Translations under genes and position numbers: made by a program
Source: the human T2T-CHM13v2.0 reference genome, Homo sapiens
Strand: one strand, 5' to 3'
DNA length: 64,000 nucleotides
NCBI RefSeq assembly: GCF_009914755.1
Contig: NC_060927.1
Part shown: piece after piece, positions 27,501 to 42,400 of the stretch
Position numbering within the stretch: position 1 is the first letter of the stretch
Layout of the letters: every line of letters starts with the position of its first letter
Notes under the pieces: generated by a model
Database searches by the model: none
Seen by the model: only the letters and a program-made list of their open reading frames with translations
Told to the model about the DNA's origin: nothing

Positions 27501-30500
27501 ATCAAAGTACCCAAACTATACATTATATACTGTACATAAAATATGAAATTACAGCAAATATATATTATATTAGGTACATAAAATATGAAAGTACATCAAA
27601 TATAGATTATATACTGTACATTAAATACCAAAGTACCCCAAATATATATTTTATACTGTACATGAAATATCAAAGTTCACAAACTATATATTATATACTG
27701 TACATAAAATATCAATGTACCCAAGGTATATATTCTATACTGCACAAAAAATATCAAAGTACCCAAAGCATGTATTATATACTGTATATAAAATAGGAAA
27801 GTACATCAAATATATATTTTATTCTGTACATAAAATATCAAAGTACACCAGATATATATTCTATAGTGTACATAAAATATCAAAGTACCCAAACTATACA
27901 TTATATACTGTACATAAAATATGAAATTACATCAAATATATATTATATTAGGTACATAAAATACGAAAGTACATCAAATATAGATTATATACTGTACATA
28001 AAATATGAAAGTACCCCAATATATATTATATACTCTACATGAAATATCAAAGTTCACAAACTATATATTATGTACTGTACATAAAATATCAAACTACCCA
28101 AGGTATATATTCTATACTGTACAAAAAATATCAAAGTACCCAAAGCATGTATTATATAATGTACATAAAATATGAAAGTACATCAAATATATATTTTATT
28201 CTGTACATAAAATATCAAAGAACACCAGATATATATTCTATAGTGTACATAAAATATCAAAGTACCCAAACTATACATTATATACTGTACATAAAATATG
28301 AAATTACATCAAATATATATTATATTAGGTACATAAAATATGAAAGTACATCAAATATAGATTATATACTGTAAATATAATATCAATGTACCCCAAATAT
28401 ATATTTTATACACTACATGAAATATCAAAGTTCACAAACCATATATTATATACTGTACATAAAATATCAAAGTACCCAAGGTATATATTCTATACTGTAC
28501 AAAAAATATCAAAGTACCCAAAGCATGTATTATATACTATACCTAAAATATGAAAGTACATCAAATATATATTTTATTCTGTACATAAAATATCAAAGTA
28601 CACCAGATATATATTCTACAGTGTACATAAAATATCAAAGTACCCAAACTATACATTATATACTGTACATAAAATATGAAATTACATCAAATATATATTA
28701 TATTAGGTACATAAAATACGAAAGTACATCAAATATAGATTATATACTGTACATAAAATATCAAAGTACCCCAATATATATTATATACTGTACATGAAAT
28801 ATCAAAGTTCACAAACTATATATTATGTACTGTACATAAAATATCAAAGTACCCAAGGTATATATTCTATACTGTACAAAAAATATCAAAGTACCCAAAG
28901 CATGTATTATATAATGTACATAAAATATGAAAGTACATCAAATATATATTTTATTCTGTACATAAAATATCAAAGTACACCAGATATATATTCTATAGCG
29001 TACATAAAATATCAAAGTACACAAACTATACATTATATACTGTACATAAAATATGAAATTACATCAAATATATATTATATTAGGTAAATGAAATATGAAA
29101 GTACATCAAATATAGATTATATACTGTACATAAAATATGAAAGTACCCCAAATATATATTATATACTCTACATGAAATATCAAAGTTCACAAACTATATA
29201 TTATATACTGTACATAAAATATCAAAGTACCCAAGGTATATATTCTATACTGTACAAAAAATATCAAAGTATCCAAAGCATGTATTATATACTGTATATA
29301 AAATATGAAAGTACATCAAATATATATTTTATTCTGTACCTAAAATATCAAAGTACACCAGATATATATTCTATAGCGTACATAAAATATCAAAGTACAC
29401 AAACTATACATTATATACTGTACATAAAATATGAAATTACATCAAATATATATTATATTAGGTACATAAAATATGAAAGTACATCAAATATAGATTATAT
29501 ACTGTAAATATAATATCAATGTACCCCAAATATATATTTTATACTCTACATGAAATATCAAAGTTCACAAACCATATATTATATACTGTACATAAAATAT
29601 CAAAGTACCCAAGGTATATATTCTATACTGTACAAAAAATATCAAAGTACCCAAAGCATGTATTATATACTGTACATAAAATATGAAAGTACATCAAATA
29701 TATATTTTATTCTGTACATAAAATATCAATGTACACCAGATATATATTCTATAGTGTACATAAAATATCAAAGTACCCAAACTATACATTATATACTGTA
29801 CATAAAATATGAAATTACATCAAATATATATTATATTAGGTAAATGAAATATGAAAGTACATCAAATATAGATTATATACTGTACATAATATATGAAAGT
29901 ACCCCAAATATATATTATATACTCTACATGAAATATCAAAGTTCACAAACTATATATTATATACTGTACATAAAATATCAAAGTACCCAAGGTATATATT
30001 CTATACTGTACAAAAAATATCAAAGTATCCAAAGCATGTATTATATACTGTATATAAAATATGAAAGTACATCAAATATATATTTTATTCTGTACATAAA
30101 ATATCAAAGTACACCAGATATATATTCTATAGTGTACATAAAATATCAAAGTACCCAAACTATACATTATATACTGTACATAAAATATGAAATTACAGCA
30201 AATATATATTATATTAGGTACATAAAATATGAAAGTACATCAAATATAGATTATATACTCTACATTAAATACCAAAGTACCCCAAATATATATTTTATAC
30301 TGTACATGAAATATCAAAGTTCACAAACTATATATTATATACTGTACATAAAATATCAATGTACCCAAGGTATATATTCTATACTGCACAAAAAATATCA
30401 AAGTACCCAAAGCATGTATTATATACTGTATATAAAATATGAAAGTACATCAAATATATATTTTATTCTGTACATAAAATATCAAAGTACACCAGATATA

Positions 30501-30950
30501 TATTCTATAGTGTACATAAAATATCAAAGTACCCAAACTATACATTATATACTGTACATAAAATATGAAATTACATCAAATATATATTATATTAGGTACA
30601 TAAAATACGAAAGTACATCAAATATAGATTATATACTGTACATAAAATATGAAAGTACCCCAATATATATTATATACTCTACATGAAATATCAAAGTTCA
30701 CAAACTATATATTATGTATTGTACATAAAATATCAAACTACCCAAGGTATATATTCTATACTGTACAAAAAATATCAAAGTACCCAAAGCATGTATTATA
30801 TAATGTACATAAAATATGAAAGTACATCAAATATATATTTTATTCTGTACATAAAATATCAAAGAACACCAGATATATATTCTATAGTGTACATAAAATA
30901 TCAAAGTACCCAAACTATACATTATATACTGTACATAAAATATGAAATTA
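15100..30950 (+). repeat. Tandem 6,770-bp super-repeat, about 2.3 copies
   Basis: Equivalent landmarks are spaced exactly 6,770 bp apart: 15254/22024/28794, 15548/22318/29088, 16010/22780/29550, 16304/23074/29844, 17143/23913/30683, 18367/25137, 19491/26261 and 20190/26960. The match breaks near 30950. Confidence 0.9.
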
Positions 30951-33900
30951 CAGCAAATATATATTATATTAGGTACATAAAATATGAAAGTACATCAAAT
31001 ATAGATTATATACTGTACATTAAATACCAAAGTACCCCAAATATATATTTTATACTGTACATGAAATATCAAAGTTCACAAACTATATATTATATACTGT
31101 ACATAAAATATCAATGTACCCAAGGTATATATTCTATACTGCACAAAAAATATCAAAGTACCCAAAGCATGTATTATATACTGTATATAAAATATGAAAG
31201 TTCATCAAATATATATTTTATTCTGTACATAAAATATCAAAGTACACCAGATATATATTCTATAGTGTACATAAAATAACAAAGTACACAAACTATAAAT
31301 TATATCCTGTACATAAAATATGAAATTACATCAAATATATATTAGGTACATAAAATATGAAAGTACATCAAATATAGATTATATACTGTACATTAAGTAC
31401 CAAAGTATACCAAATATATATTTTATTCTGTACATAAAATATCAAAGTACACCAGATATATATTCTATAGTGTACATAAAATATCAAAGTACCCAAACTA
31501 TACATTATATACTGTACATAAAATATGAAATTACATCAAATATATATTATATTAGGTAAATGAAATATGAAAGTACATCAAATATAGATTATATACTGTA
31601 CATAAAATATGAAAGTACCCCAAATATATATTATATACTCTACATGAAATATCAAAGTTCACAAACTATATATTATATACTGTACATAAAATATCAAAGT
31701 ACCCAAGGTATATATTCTATACTGTACAAAAAATATCAAAGTATCCAAAGCATGTATTATATACTGTATATAAAATATGAAAGTACATCAAATATATATT
31801 TTATTCTGTACATAAAATATCAAAGTACACCAGATATATATTCTATAGTGTACATAAAATATCAAAGTACCCAAACTATACATTATATACTGTACATAAA
31901 ATATGAAATTACAGCAAATATATATTATATTAGGTACATAAAATATGAAAGTACATCAAATATAGATTATATACTCTACATTAAATACCAAAGTACCCCA
32001 AATATATATTTTATACTGCACATGAAATATCAAAGTTCACAAACTATATATTATATACTGTACATAAAATATCAATGTACCCAAGGTATATATTCTATAC
32101 TGCACAAAAAATATCAAAGTACCCAAAGCATGTATTATATACTGTATATAAAATATGAAAGTACATCAAATATATATTTTATTCTGTACATAAAATATCA
32201 AAGTACACCAGATATATATTCTATAGTGTACATAAAATATCAAAGTACCCAAACTATACATTATATACTGTACATAAAATATGAAATTACATCAAATATA
32301 TATTATATTAGGTACATAAAATACGAAAGTACATCAAATATAGATTATATACTGTACATAAAATATGAAAGTACCCCAATATATATTATATACTCTACAT
32401 GAAATATCAAAGTTCACAAACTATATATTATGTACTGTACATAAAATATCAAACTACCCAAGGTATATATTCTATACTGTGCAAAAAATATCAAAGTACC
32501 CAAAGCATGTATTATATAATGTACATAAAATATGAAAGTACATCAAATATATATTTTATTCTGTACATAAAATATCAAAGAACACCAGATATATATTCTA
32601 TAGTGTACATAAAATATCAAAGTACCCAAACTATACATTATATACTGTACATAAAATATGAAATTACATCATATATATATTAGGTACATAAAATATGAAA
32701 GTACATCAAATATATATTTTATTCTGTACATAAAATATCAAAGTACACCAGATATATATTCTATAGTGTACATAAAATAACAAAGTACACAAACTATAAA
32801 ATATATACTGTACATAAAATATGAAATTACATCAAATATATATTAGGTACATAAAATATGAAAGTACATCAAATATAGATTATATACTGTACATATAATA
32901 TCAATGTACCCGAAATATATATTTTATACTCTACATGAAATATCAAAGTTCACAAACCATATATTGTATACTGCACATAAAATATCAAAATACACAAGGT
33001 ATATATTCTATACTGTACAAAAAATATCAAAGTACCCAAAGCAGGTATTATATACTGTATATAAAATATGAAAGTACATCAAATATATATTTTATTCTGT
33101 ACATAAAATATCAAAGTACACCAGATATATATTCTATAGTGTACATAAAATATAAAGGTACCCAAACTATATATTATATACTGTACATAAAATATGAAAT
33201 TACATCAAATATATATTAGGTACATAAAATATGAAAGTACATCAAATATAGATTATATACTGTACATATAATATCAATGTACCCGAAATATATATTTTAT
33301 ACTCTACATGAAATATCAAAGTTCACAAACCATATATTGTATACTGCACATAAAATATCAAAATACCCAAGGTATATATTCTATACTGTACAAAAAATAT
33401 CAAAGTACCCAAAGCAGGTATTATATACTGTACATAAAATATGAAAGTACATCAAATATATATTTTATTCTGTACATAAAATATCAAAGTACACCAGATA
33501 TATATTCTATAGCGTACATGAAATATCAAAGTACACAAACTATACATTATATACTGTACATAAAATATGAAATTACATCAAATATATATTAGGTACATAA
33601 AATATGAAAGTACATCAAATATAGATTATATACTGTAAATATAATATCAATGTACCCCAAATATATATTTTATACTCTACATGAAATATCAAAGTTCACA
33701 AACCATATATTATATACTGTACATAAAATATCAAAGTACCCAAGGTATATATTCTATACTGTACAAAAAATATCAAAGTACACAAAGCATGTATTATATA
33801 CTGTACATAAAATATGAAATTACATCAAATATATATTATATTAGGTACATAAAATATGAAAGTACATCAAATACAGATTATATACTGTACATAAAATATC

Positions 33901-35969
33901 AAAGTACCCCAAATATATATTATATACTGTACATGTAATATCAAAGTTCACAACTATATATTACATACTGTACATAAAATATCAAAGTACCCAAGGTATA
34001 TATTCTATACTGTACAAAAAATATCAAAGTACCCAAAGCATGTATTATATACTGTACATAAAATATGAAAGTACATCAAATATATACTTTATTCTGTACA
34101 TAAAATATCAAAGTACACCAGATATATATTCTATAGTGTATATAAAATATCAAAGTACCCAAACTATACATTATATACTGTACATAAAATATGAAATTAC
34201 ATCAAATATATATTATATTAGGTACATAAAATATGAAAGTACATGAAGTATAGATTATATACTGTAGATAAAATATCAAAGTACCCCAAATTTATATTAT
34301 ATACTATACATGAAATATCAAAGTTCACAAACTATATATTATATACTGTACATAAAATATCAAAGTACCCAAGGTATATATTCTATAGTGTACAAAAAAT
34401 ATCAAAGTACCCAAAGCATGTATTATATACCGTACATAAAATATAAAATTACATCAAATATATATTTTATTCTGTACATAAAATATCAAAGTACACCAGA
34501 TATATATACTATAGTGTACATAAAATATCAAAGTACCCAAACTATACATTATACACTGTACATAAAATATGAAATTACATCAAATATATATTAGGTACAT
34601 AAAATATGAAAGTACATCAAATATAGATTATATACTGTAAATATAATATCAATGTACCCCAAATATATATTTTATACTCTACATGAAATATCAAAGTTCA
34701 CAAACCATATATTATGTACTGTACATAAAATATCAAAGTACCCAAGGTATATATTCTATACTGTACAAAAAATATCAAAGTACCCAAAGCATGTATTATA
34801 TACTGTACATAAAATATGAAAGTACATCAAATATATATTTTATTCTGTACATAAAATATCAAAGTACACTAGATATATATTCTATAGTGTACATAAAACA
34901 TCAAAATACCCAAACTATACATTATATACTGTACATAAAATATGAGATTACATCAAATATATATTATATTAGGTACATAAAATATGAAAGTACATCAAAT
35001 ATAGATTATATACTGTACATAAAATATCAAAGTACCCCGAATATATATTATATACTCTACATGAAATATCAAAGTTCACAAACTATATATTATATACTGT
35101 ACATAAAATATCAAAGTACCCAAGGTATATATTCTATACTGTACAAAAAATATCAAAGTACACAAAGCATGTATTATATACTGTATATAAAATAAGAAAG
35201 TACATTAAATATATATTTTATTCTGTACATAAAATATCAAAGTACACCAGATATATATTCTATAGTGTACATAAAATAACAAAGTACACAAACTATAAAT
35301 TATATACTGTACATAAAATATGAAATTACATCAAATATATATTAGGTACATAAAATATGAAAGTACATCAAATATAGATTATATACTGAACATATAATAT
35401 CAATGTACCCCAAATATATATTTGATACTCTACATGAAATATCAAAGTTCAGAAACCATACATTATATACTGTACATAAATTATCAAAGTACCCAAGGTA
35501 TATATTCTATACTGTACAAAAAATATCAAAGTACCCAAAGCATGTATTATATACTGTACATAATATATGAAAGTACATCAAATATATATTTTATTCTGTA
35601 CATAAAATATCAAAGTACACCAGATATATATTCTATAGTGTACATAAAATATCAAAGTACCCAAACTATACATTATATACTGTACATAAAATATGAAATT
35701 ACATCAAATATATATTAGGTACATAAAATATGAAAGTACATCAAATATATATTTTATTCTGTACATAAAATATCAAAGTACACCAGATATATATTCTATA
35801 GTGTACATAAAATAAGAAAGTACACAAACTATAAATTATATACTGTACATAAAATATGAAATTACATCAAATATATATTAGGTACATAAAATATGAAAGT
35901 ACATCAAATATAGATTATATACTGTACATATAATATCAATGTACCCGAAATATATATTTTATACTCTAC

Positions 35970-38200
35970 ATGAAATATCAAAGTTCACAAACCATATATT
36001 GTATACTGCACATAAAATATCAAAATACCCAAGGTATATATTCTATACTGTACAAAAAATATCAAAGTACCCAAAGCAGGTATTATATACTGTACATAAA
36101 ATATGAAAGTACATCAAATATATATTTTATTCTGTACATAAAATATCAAAGTACACCAGATATATATTCTATAGCGTACATAAAATATCAAAATACACAA
36201 ACTATACATTATATACTGTACATAAAATATGAAATTACATCAAATATATATTATATTAGGTACATAAAATATGAAAGTACATCAAATATAGATTATATAC
36301 TGTACATTAAATACCAAAGTACCCCAAATATATATTTTATACTGTACATGAAATTTCAAAGTTCACAAACTATATATTATATACTGTACATAAAATATCA
36401 AAGTACCCAAGGTATATATTCTATACTGTGCAAAAAATATCAAAGTACCGAAAGCATGTATTATATACTGTATATAAAATATGAAAGTACATCAAATATA
36501 TATTTTATTCTGTACATAAAATATCAAAGTACACCAGATATATATTCTATAGTGTACATAAAATATCAAACTACCCAAACTATAAATTATATACTGTACA
36601 TAAAATATGAAATTACATCAAATATATATTATATTAGGTACATAAAATACTAAAGTACATCAAATATAGATTATATAGTGTACATAAAATATCAAAGTAC
36701 CCCAATATATATTATATACTGTACATGAAATATCAAAGTTCACAAACTATATATTATGTACTGTACATAAAATATCAAAGTACCCAAGGTAAATATTCTA
36801 TACTGTACAAAAAATATCAAAGTACCCAAAGCATGTATTATATAATGTACATAAAATATGAAAGTACATCAAATATATATTTTATTCTGTACATAAAATA
36901 TCAAAGAACACCAGATATATATTCTATAGTGTACATAAAATATCAAAGTACTCAAACTATACATTATATACTGTACATAAAATATGAAATTACATCAAAT
37001 ATATATTAGGTACATAAAATATGAAAGTACATCAAATATAGATTATATACTGTACATATAATATCAATGTACCCGAAATATATATTTTATACTCTACATG
37101 AAATATCAAAGTTCACAAACCATATATTGTATACTGCACATAAAATATCAAAATACCCAAGGTATATATTCTATACTGTACAAAAAATATCAAAGTACCC
37201 AAAGCAGGTATTATATACTGTACATAAAATATGAAAGTACATCAAATATGTATTTTATTCTGTACATAAAATATCAAAGTACACCAGATATATATTCTCT
37301 AGCGTACATAAAATATCAAAGTACACAAACTATACATTATATACTGTACATAAAATATGAAATTACATCAAATATATATTATATTAGGTACATAAAATAT
37401 GAAAGTACATCAAATATAGATTATATACTGTACATTAAATACCAAAGTACCCCAAATATATATTTTATACTGAACATGAAATTTCAAAGTTCACAAACTA
37501 TATATTATATACTGTACATAAAATATCAAAGTACCCAAGGTATATATTCTATACTGTGCAAAAAATATCAAAGTACCCAAAGCATGTATTATATACTGTA
37601 TATAAAATATGAAAGTCCATCAAATATATATTTTATTCTGTACATAAAATGTCAAAGTACACCAGATATATATTCTATAGTGTACAAAAAATATAAAAGT
37701 ACCCAAACTATACATTATATACTGTACATAAAATATGAAATTACATCAAATATATATTATATTAGGTACATAAAATACGAAAGTACATCAAATATAGATT
37801 ATATACTGTACATAAAATATCAAACTACCCCAATATATATTATATACTGTACATGAAATATCAAAGTTCACAAACTATATATTATGTACTGTACATAAAA
37901 TATCAAAGTACCCAAGGTATATATTCTATACTGTACAAAAAATATCAAAGTACCCAAAGCATGTATTATATAATGTACATAAAATATGAAAGTACATCAA
38001 ATATATATTTTATTCTGTACATAAAATATCAAAGAACACCAGATATATATTCTATAGTGTACATAAAATATCAAAGTACCCAAACTATACATTATATACT
38101 GTACATAAAATATGAAATTACATCAAATATATATTATATTAGGTACATAAAATATGAAAGTACATCAAATATAGATTATATACTGTACATAAAATATCAA
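35970..38200 (+). repeat. Diverged 1,128-bp tandem duplication (378+377+373)
   Basis: 35970/37098 and 36725/37853 are offset by 1,128 bp. Both copies carry GAAATTTCAAAG and CTGTGCAAAA, but each also has several private substitutions. Confidence 0.75.
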
Positions 38201-39469
38201 AGTACCCCAAATATATATTTTATACTCTACATGAAATATCAAACTTCACAAACCATACATTACATACTTTCCATAAAATATCAAAGTACCCATGGCATAT
38301 ATTCTATACTGTACAAAAGATATCAAAGTACCCAAAGCATGTATTATATACTGTACATAAAATATGAAAGTACATCAAATATATATTTTATTCTGTACAT
38401 AAAATATCAAAGTACACCAGATATATATTGTATAGTGTACATAAAATATCAAAGTACCCAAACTATATATTATATACTGTACATAAAATATGAAATTACA
38501 TCAAATATGTATTATATTAGGTACATAAAATATGAAAGTACATCAAATATAGATTATATACCGTACATAAAATATCAAAGTACCCCAAATATATATTATA
38601 TACTATACATGAAATATCAAATATCACAAACTATATATTATATACTGTACATAAAATATCAAAGTACCCAATGTATATATTCTATAGTGTACAAAAAATA
38701 TCAAAGTACCCAAAGCATGTATTATATACTGTACATAAAATATAAAAGTACATCAAATATATATTTTATTCTGTACATAAAATATGAAAGTACACCAGAT
38801 ATATATTCTATAGTGTACATAAAATATCAAAGTACCCAAACTATACATTATATACTGTACATAAAATATGAAATTACATCAAATATATATTATATTAGGT
38901 ACTTAAAATATGAAAGTACATCAAATATAGATTATATACTGTACATAAAATATCAAAGTACCCCAAATATATATTATATACTGTACATGAAATATCAAAG
39001 TTCACAACTATATATTATATACTGTACATAAAATATCAAAGTCCCCAAGGTATATATTCTATACTGTACAAAAAATATCAAAGTACACAAAGCATGTATT
39101 ATATACTGTACATAAAATATGAAATTACATCAAATATATATTATATTAGGTACATAAAATATGAAAGTACATCAAATATAGATTATATACTGTACATAAA
39201 ATATCAAAGTACCCCAAATATATATTATATACTGTACATGTAATATCAAAGTTCACAACTATATATTACATACTGTACATAAAATATCAAAGTACCCAAG
39301 GTATATATTCTATACTGTACAAAAAATATCAAAGTACCCAAAGCATGTATTATATACTGTACATAAAATATGAAAGTACATCAAATATATATTTTATTCT
39401 GTACATAAAATATCAAAGTACACCAGATATATATTCTATAGTGTATATAAAATATCAAAGTACCCAAAC

Positions 39470-42400
39470 TATACATTATATACTGTACATAAAATATGAA
39501 ATTACATCAAATATATATTATATTAGGTACATAAAATATGAAAGTACATGAAGTATAGATTATATACTGTACATAAAATATCAAAGTACCCCAAATTTAT
39601 ATTATATACTATACATGAAATATCAAAGTTCACAAATTATATATTATATACTGTACATAAAATATCAAAGTACCCAAGGTATATATTCTATAGTGTACAA
39701 AAAATATCAAAGTACCCAAAGCATGTATTATATACCGTACATAAAATATAAAATTACATCAAATATATATTTTATTCTGTACATAAAATATCAAAGTACA
39801 CCAGATATACATACTATAGTGTACATAAAATATCAAAGTACCCAAACTATACATTATACACTGTACATAAAATATGAAATTACATCAAATATATATTAGG
39901 TACATAAAATATGAAAGTACATCAAATATAGATTATATACTGTAAATATAATATCAATGTACCCCAAATATATATTTTATACTCTACATGAAATATCAAA
40001 GTTCACAAACCATATATTATATACTGTACATAAAATATCAAAGTACCCAAGGTATATATTCTATACTGAACAAAAAATATCAAAGTACCCAAAGCATGTA
40101 TTATATACTGTACATAAAATATGGAAGTACATCAAATATATATTTTATTCTGTACATAAAATATCAAAGTACACCAGATATATATTCTATAGTGTACATA
40201 AAATATCAAAGTACCCAAACTATACATTATATACTGTACATAAAATATGAAATTACATCAAATATATATTATATTAGGTACATGAAATATGAAAGTACAT
40301 CAAATATAGATTATATACTGTACATAAAATATGAAAGTACCCCAAATATATATTATATACTCTACATGAAATATCAAAGTTCACAAACTATATATTATAT
40401 ACTGTACATAAAATATCAAAGTACCCAAGGTATATATTCTATACTGTACAAAAAATATCAAAGTATCCAAAGCATGTATTATATACTGTATATAAAATAT
40501 GAAAGTACATCAAATATATATTTTATTCTGTACATAAAATATCAAAGTACACCAGATATATATTCTATAGTGTACATAAAATATCAAAGTACCCAAACTA
40601 TACATTATATACTGTACATAAAATATGAAATTACAGCAAATATATATTATATTAGGTACATAAAATATGAAAGTACATCAAATATAGATTATATACTGTA
40701 CATTAAATACCAAAGTACCCCAAATATATATTTTATACTGTACATGAAATATCAAAGTTCACAAACTATATATTATATACTGTACATAAAATATCAATGT
40801 ACCCAAGGTATATATTCTATACTGCACAAAAAATATCAAAGTACCCAGAGCATGTATTATATACTGTATATAAAATATGAAAGTACATCAAATATATATT
40901 TTATTCTGTACATAAAATATCAAAGTACACCAGATATATATTCTATAGTGTACATAAAATAACAAAGTACACAAACTATAAATTATATACTGTACATAAA
41001 ATATGAAATTACATCAAATATATAGTAGGTACATAAAATATGAAAGTACATCAAATATAGATTATATACTGTACATATAATATCAATGTACCGGAAATAT
41101 ATATTTTATACTCTACATGAAATATCAAAGTTCACAAACCATATATTGTATACTGCACATAAAATATCAAAATACCCAAGGTATATATTCTATACTGTAC
41201 AAAAAATATCAAAGTACCCAAAGCAGGTATTATATACTGTACATAAAATATGAAAGTACATCAAATATATATTTTATTCTGTACATAAAATATCAAAGTA
41301 CACCAGATATATATTCTATAGCGTACATAAAATATCAAAGTACACAAACTATACATTATATACTGTACATAAAATATGAAATTACATCAAATATATATTA
41401 TATTAGGTACATAAAATATGAAAGTACATCAAATATAGATTATATACTGTACATTAAATACCAAAGTACCCCAAATATATATTTTATACTGAACATGAAA
41501 TTTCAAAGTTCACAAACTATATATTATATACTGTACATAAATTATCAAAGTACCCAAGGTATATATTCTATACTGTACAAAAAATATCAAAGTACCCAAA
41601 GCATGTATTATATACTGTATATAAAATATGAAAGTACATCAAATATATATTGTATACTGTACATAAAATATCAAAGTACACCAGATATATATTTTATAGT
41701 GTACATAAAATATCAAAGTACCCAAACTATACATTATATACTGTACATAAAATATGAGATTACATCAAATATATATTATATTAGGTACATAAAATATGAA
41801 AGTACATCAGATATAGATTATATACTGTACATAAAATATCAAAGTACCCCAAATATATATTATATACTCTACATGAAATATGAAAGTTCACAAACTATAT
41901 ATTATATACTGTACATAAAATATCAAAGTACCCAAGGTATATATTCTATACTGTACAAAAAATATCAAAATACCCAAAGCATGTATTATATACTGTATAT
42001 AAAATATGAAAATACATTAAATATATATTTTATTCTGTACATAAAATATCAAAGTACACCAGATATATATTCTATAGTGTACATAAAATAAGAAAGTACA
42101 CAAACTATAAATTATATACTGTACATAAAATATGAAATTACATCAAATATATATTATAATAGGTACATAAAATATGAAAGTACATCAAATATAGATTATA
42201 TACTGTACATTAAATACGAAAGTACCCCAAATATATATTTTGTACTGTACATGAAATATCAAAGTACCCAAGGTATATATTCTATACTGTACAAAAAATA
42301 TCAAAGTACCCAAAGCATGTATTACAAACTGTACATAAAATATGAAAGTCCATCAAATATATATTTTATTCTGTACATAAAATATGAAAGTACACCAGAT

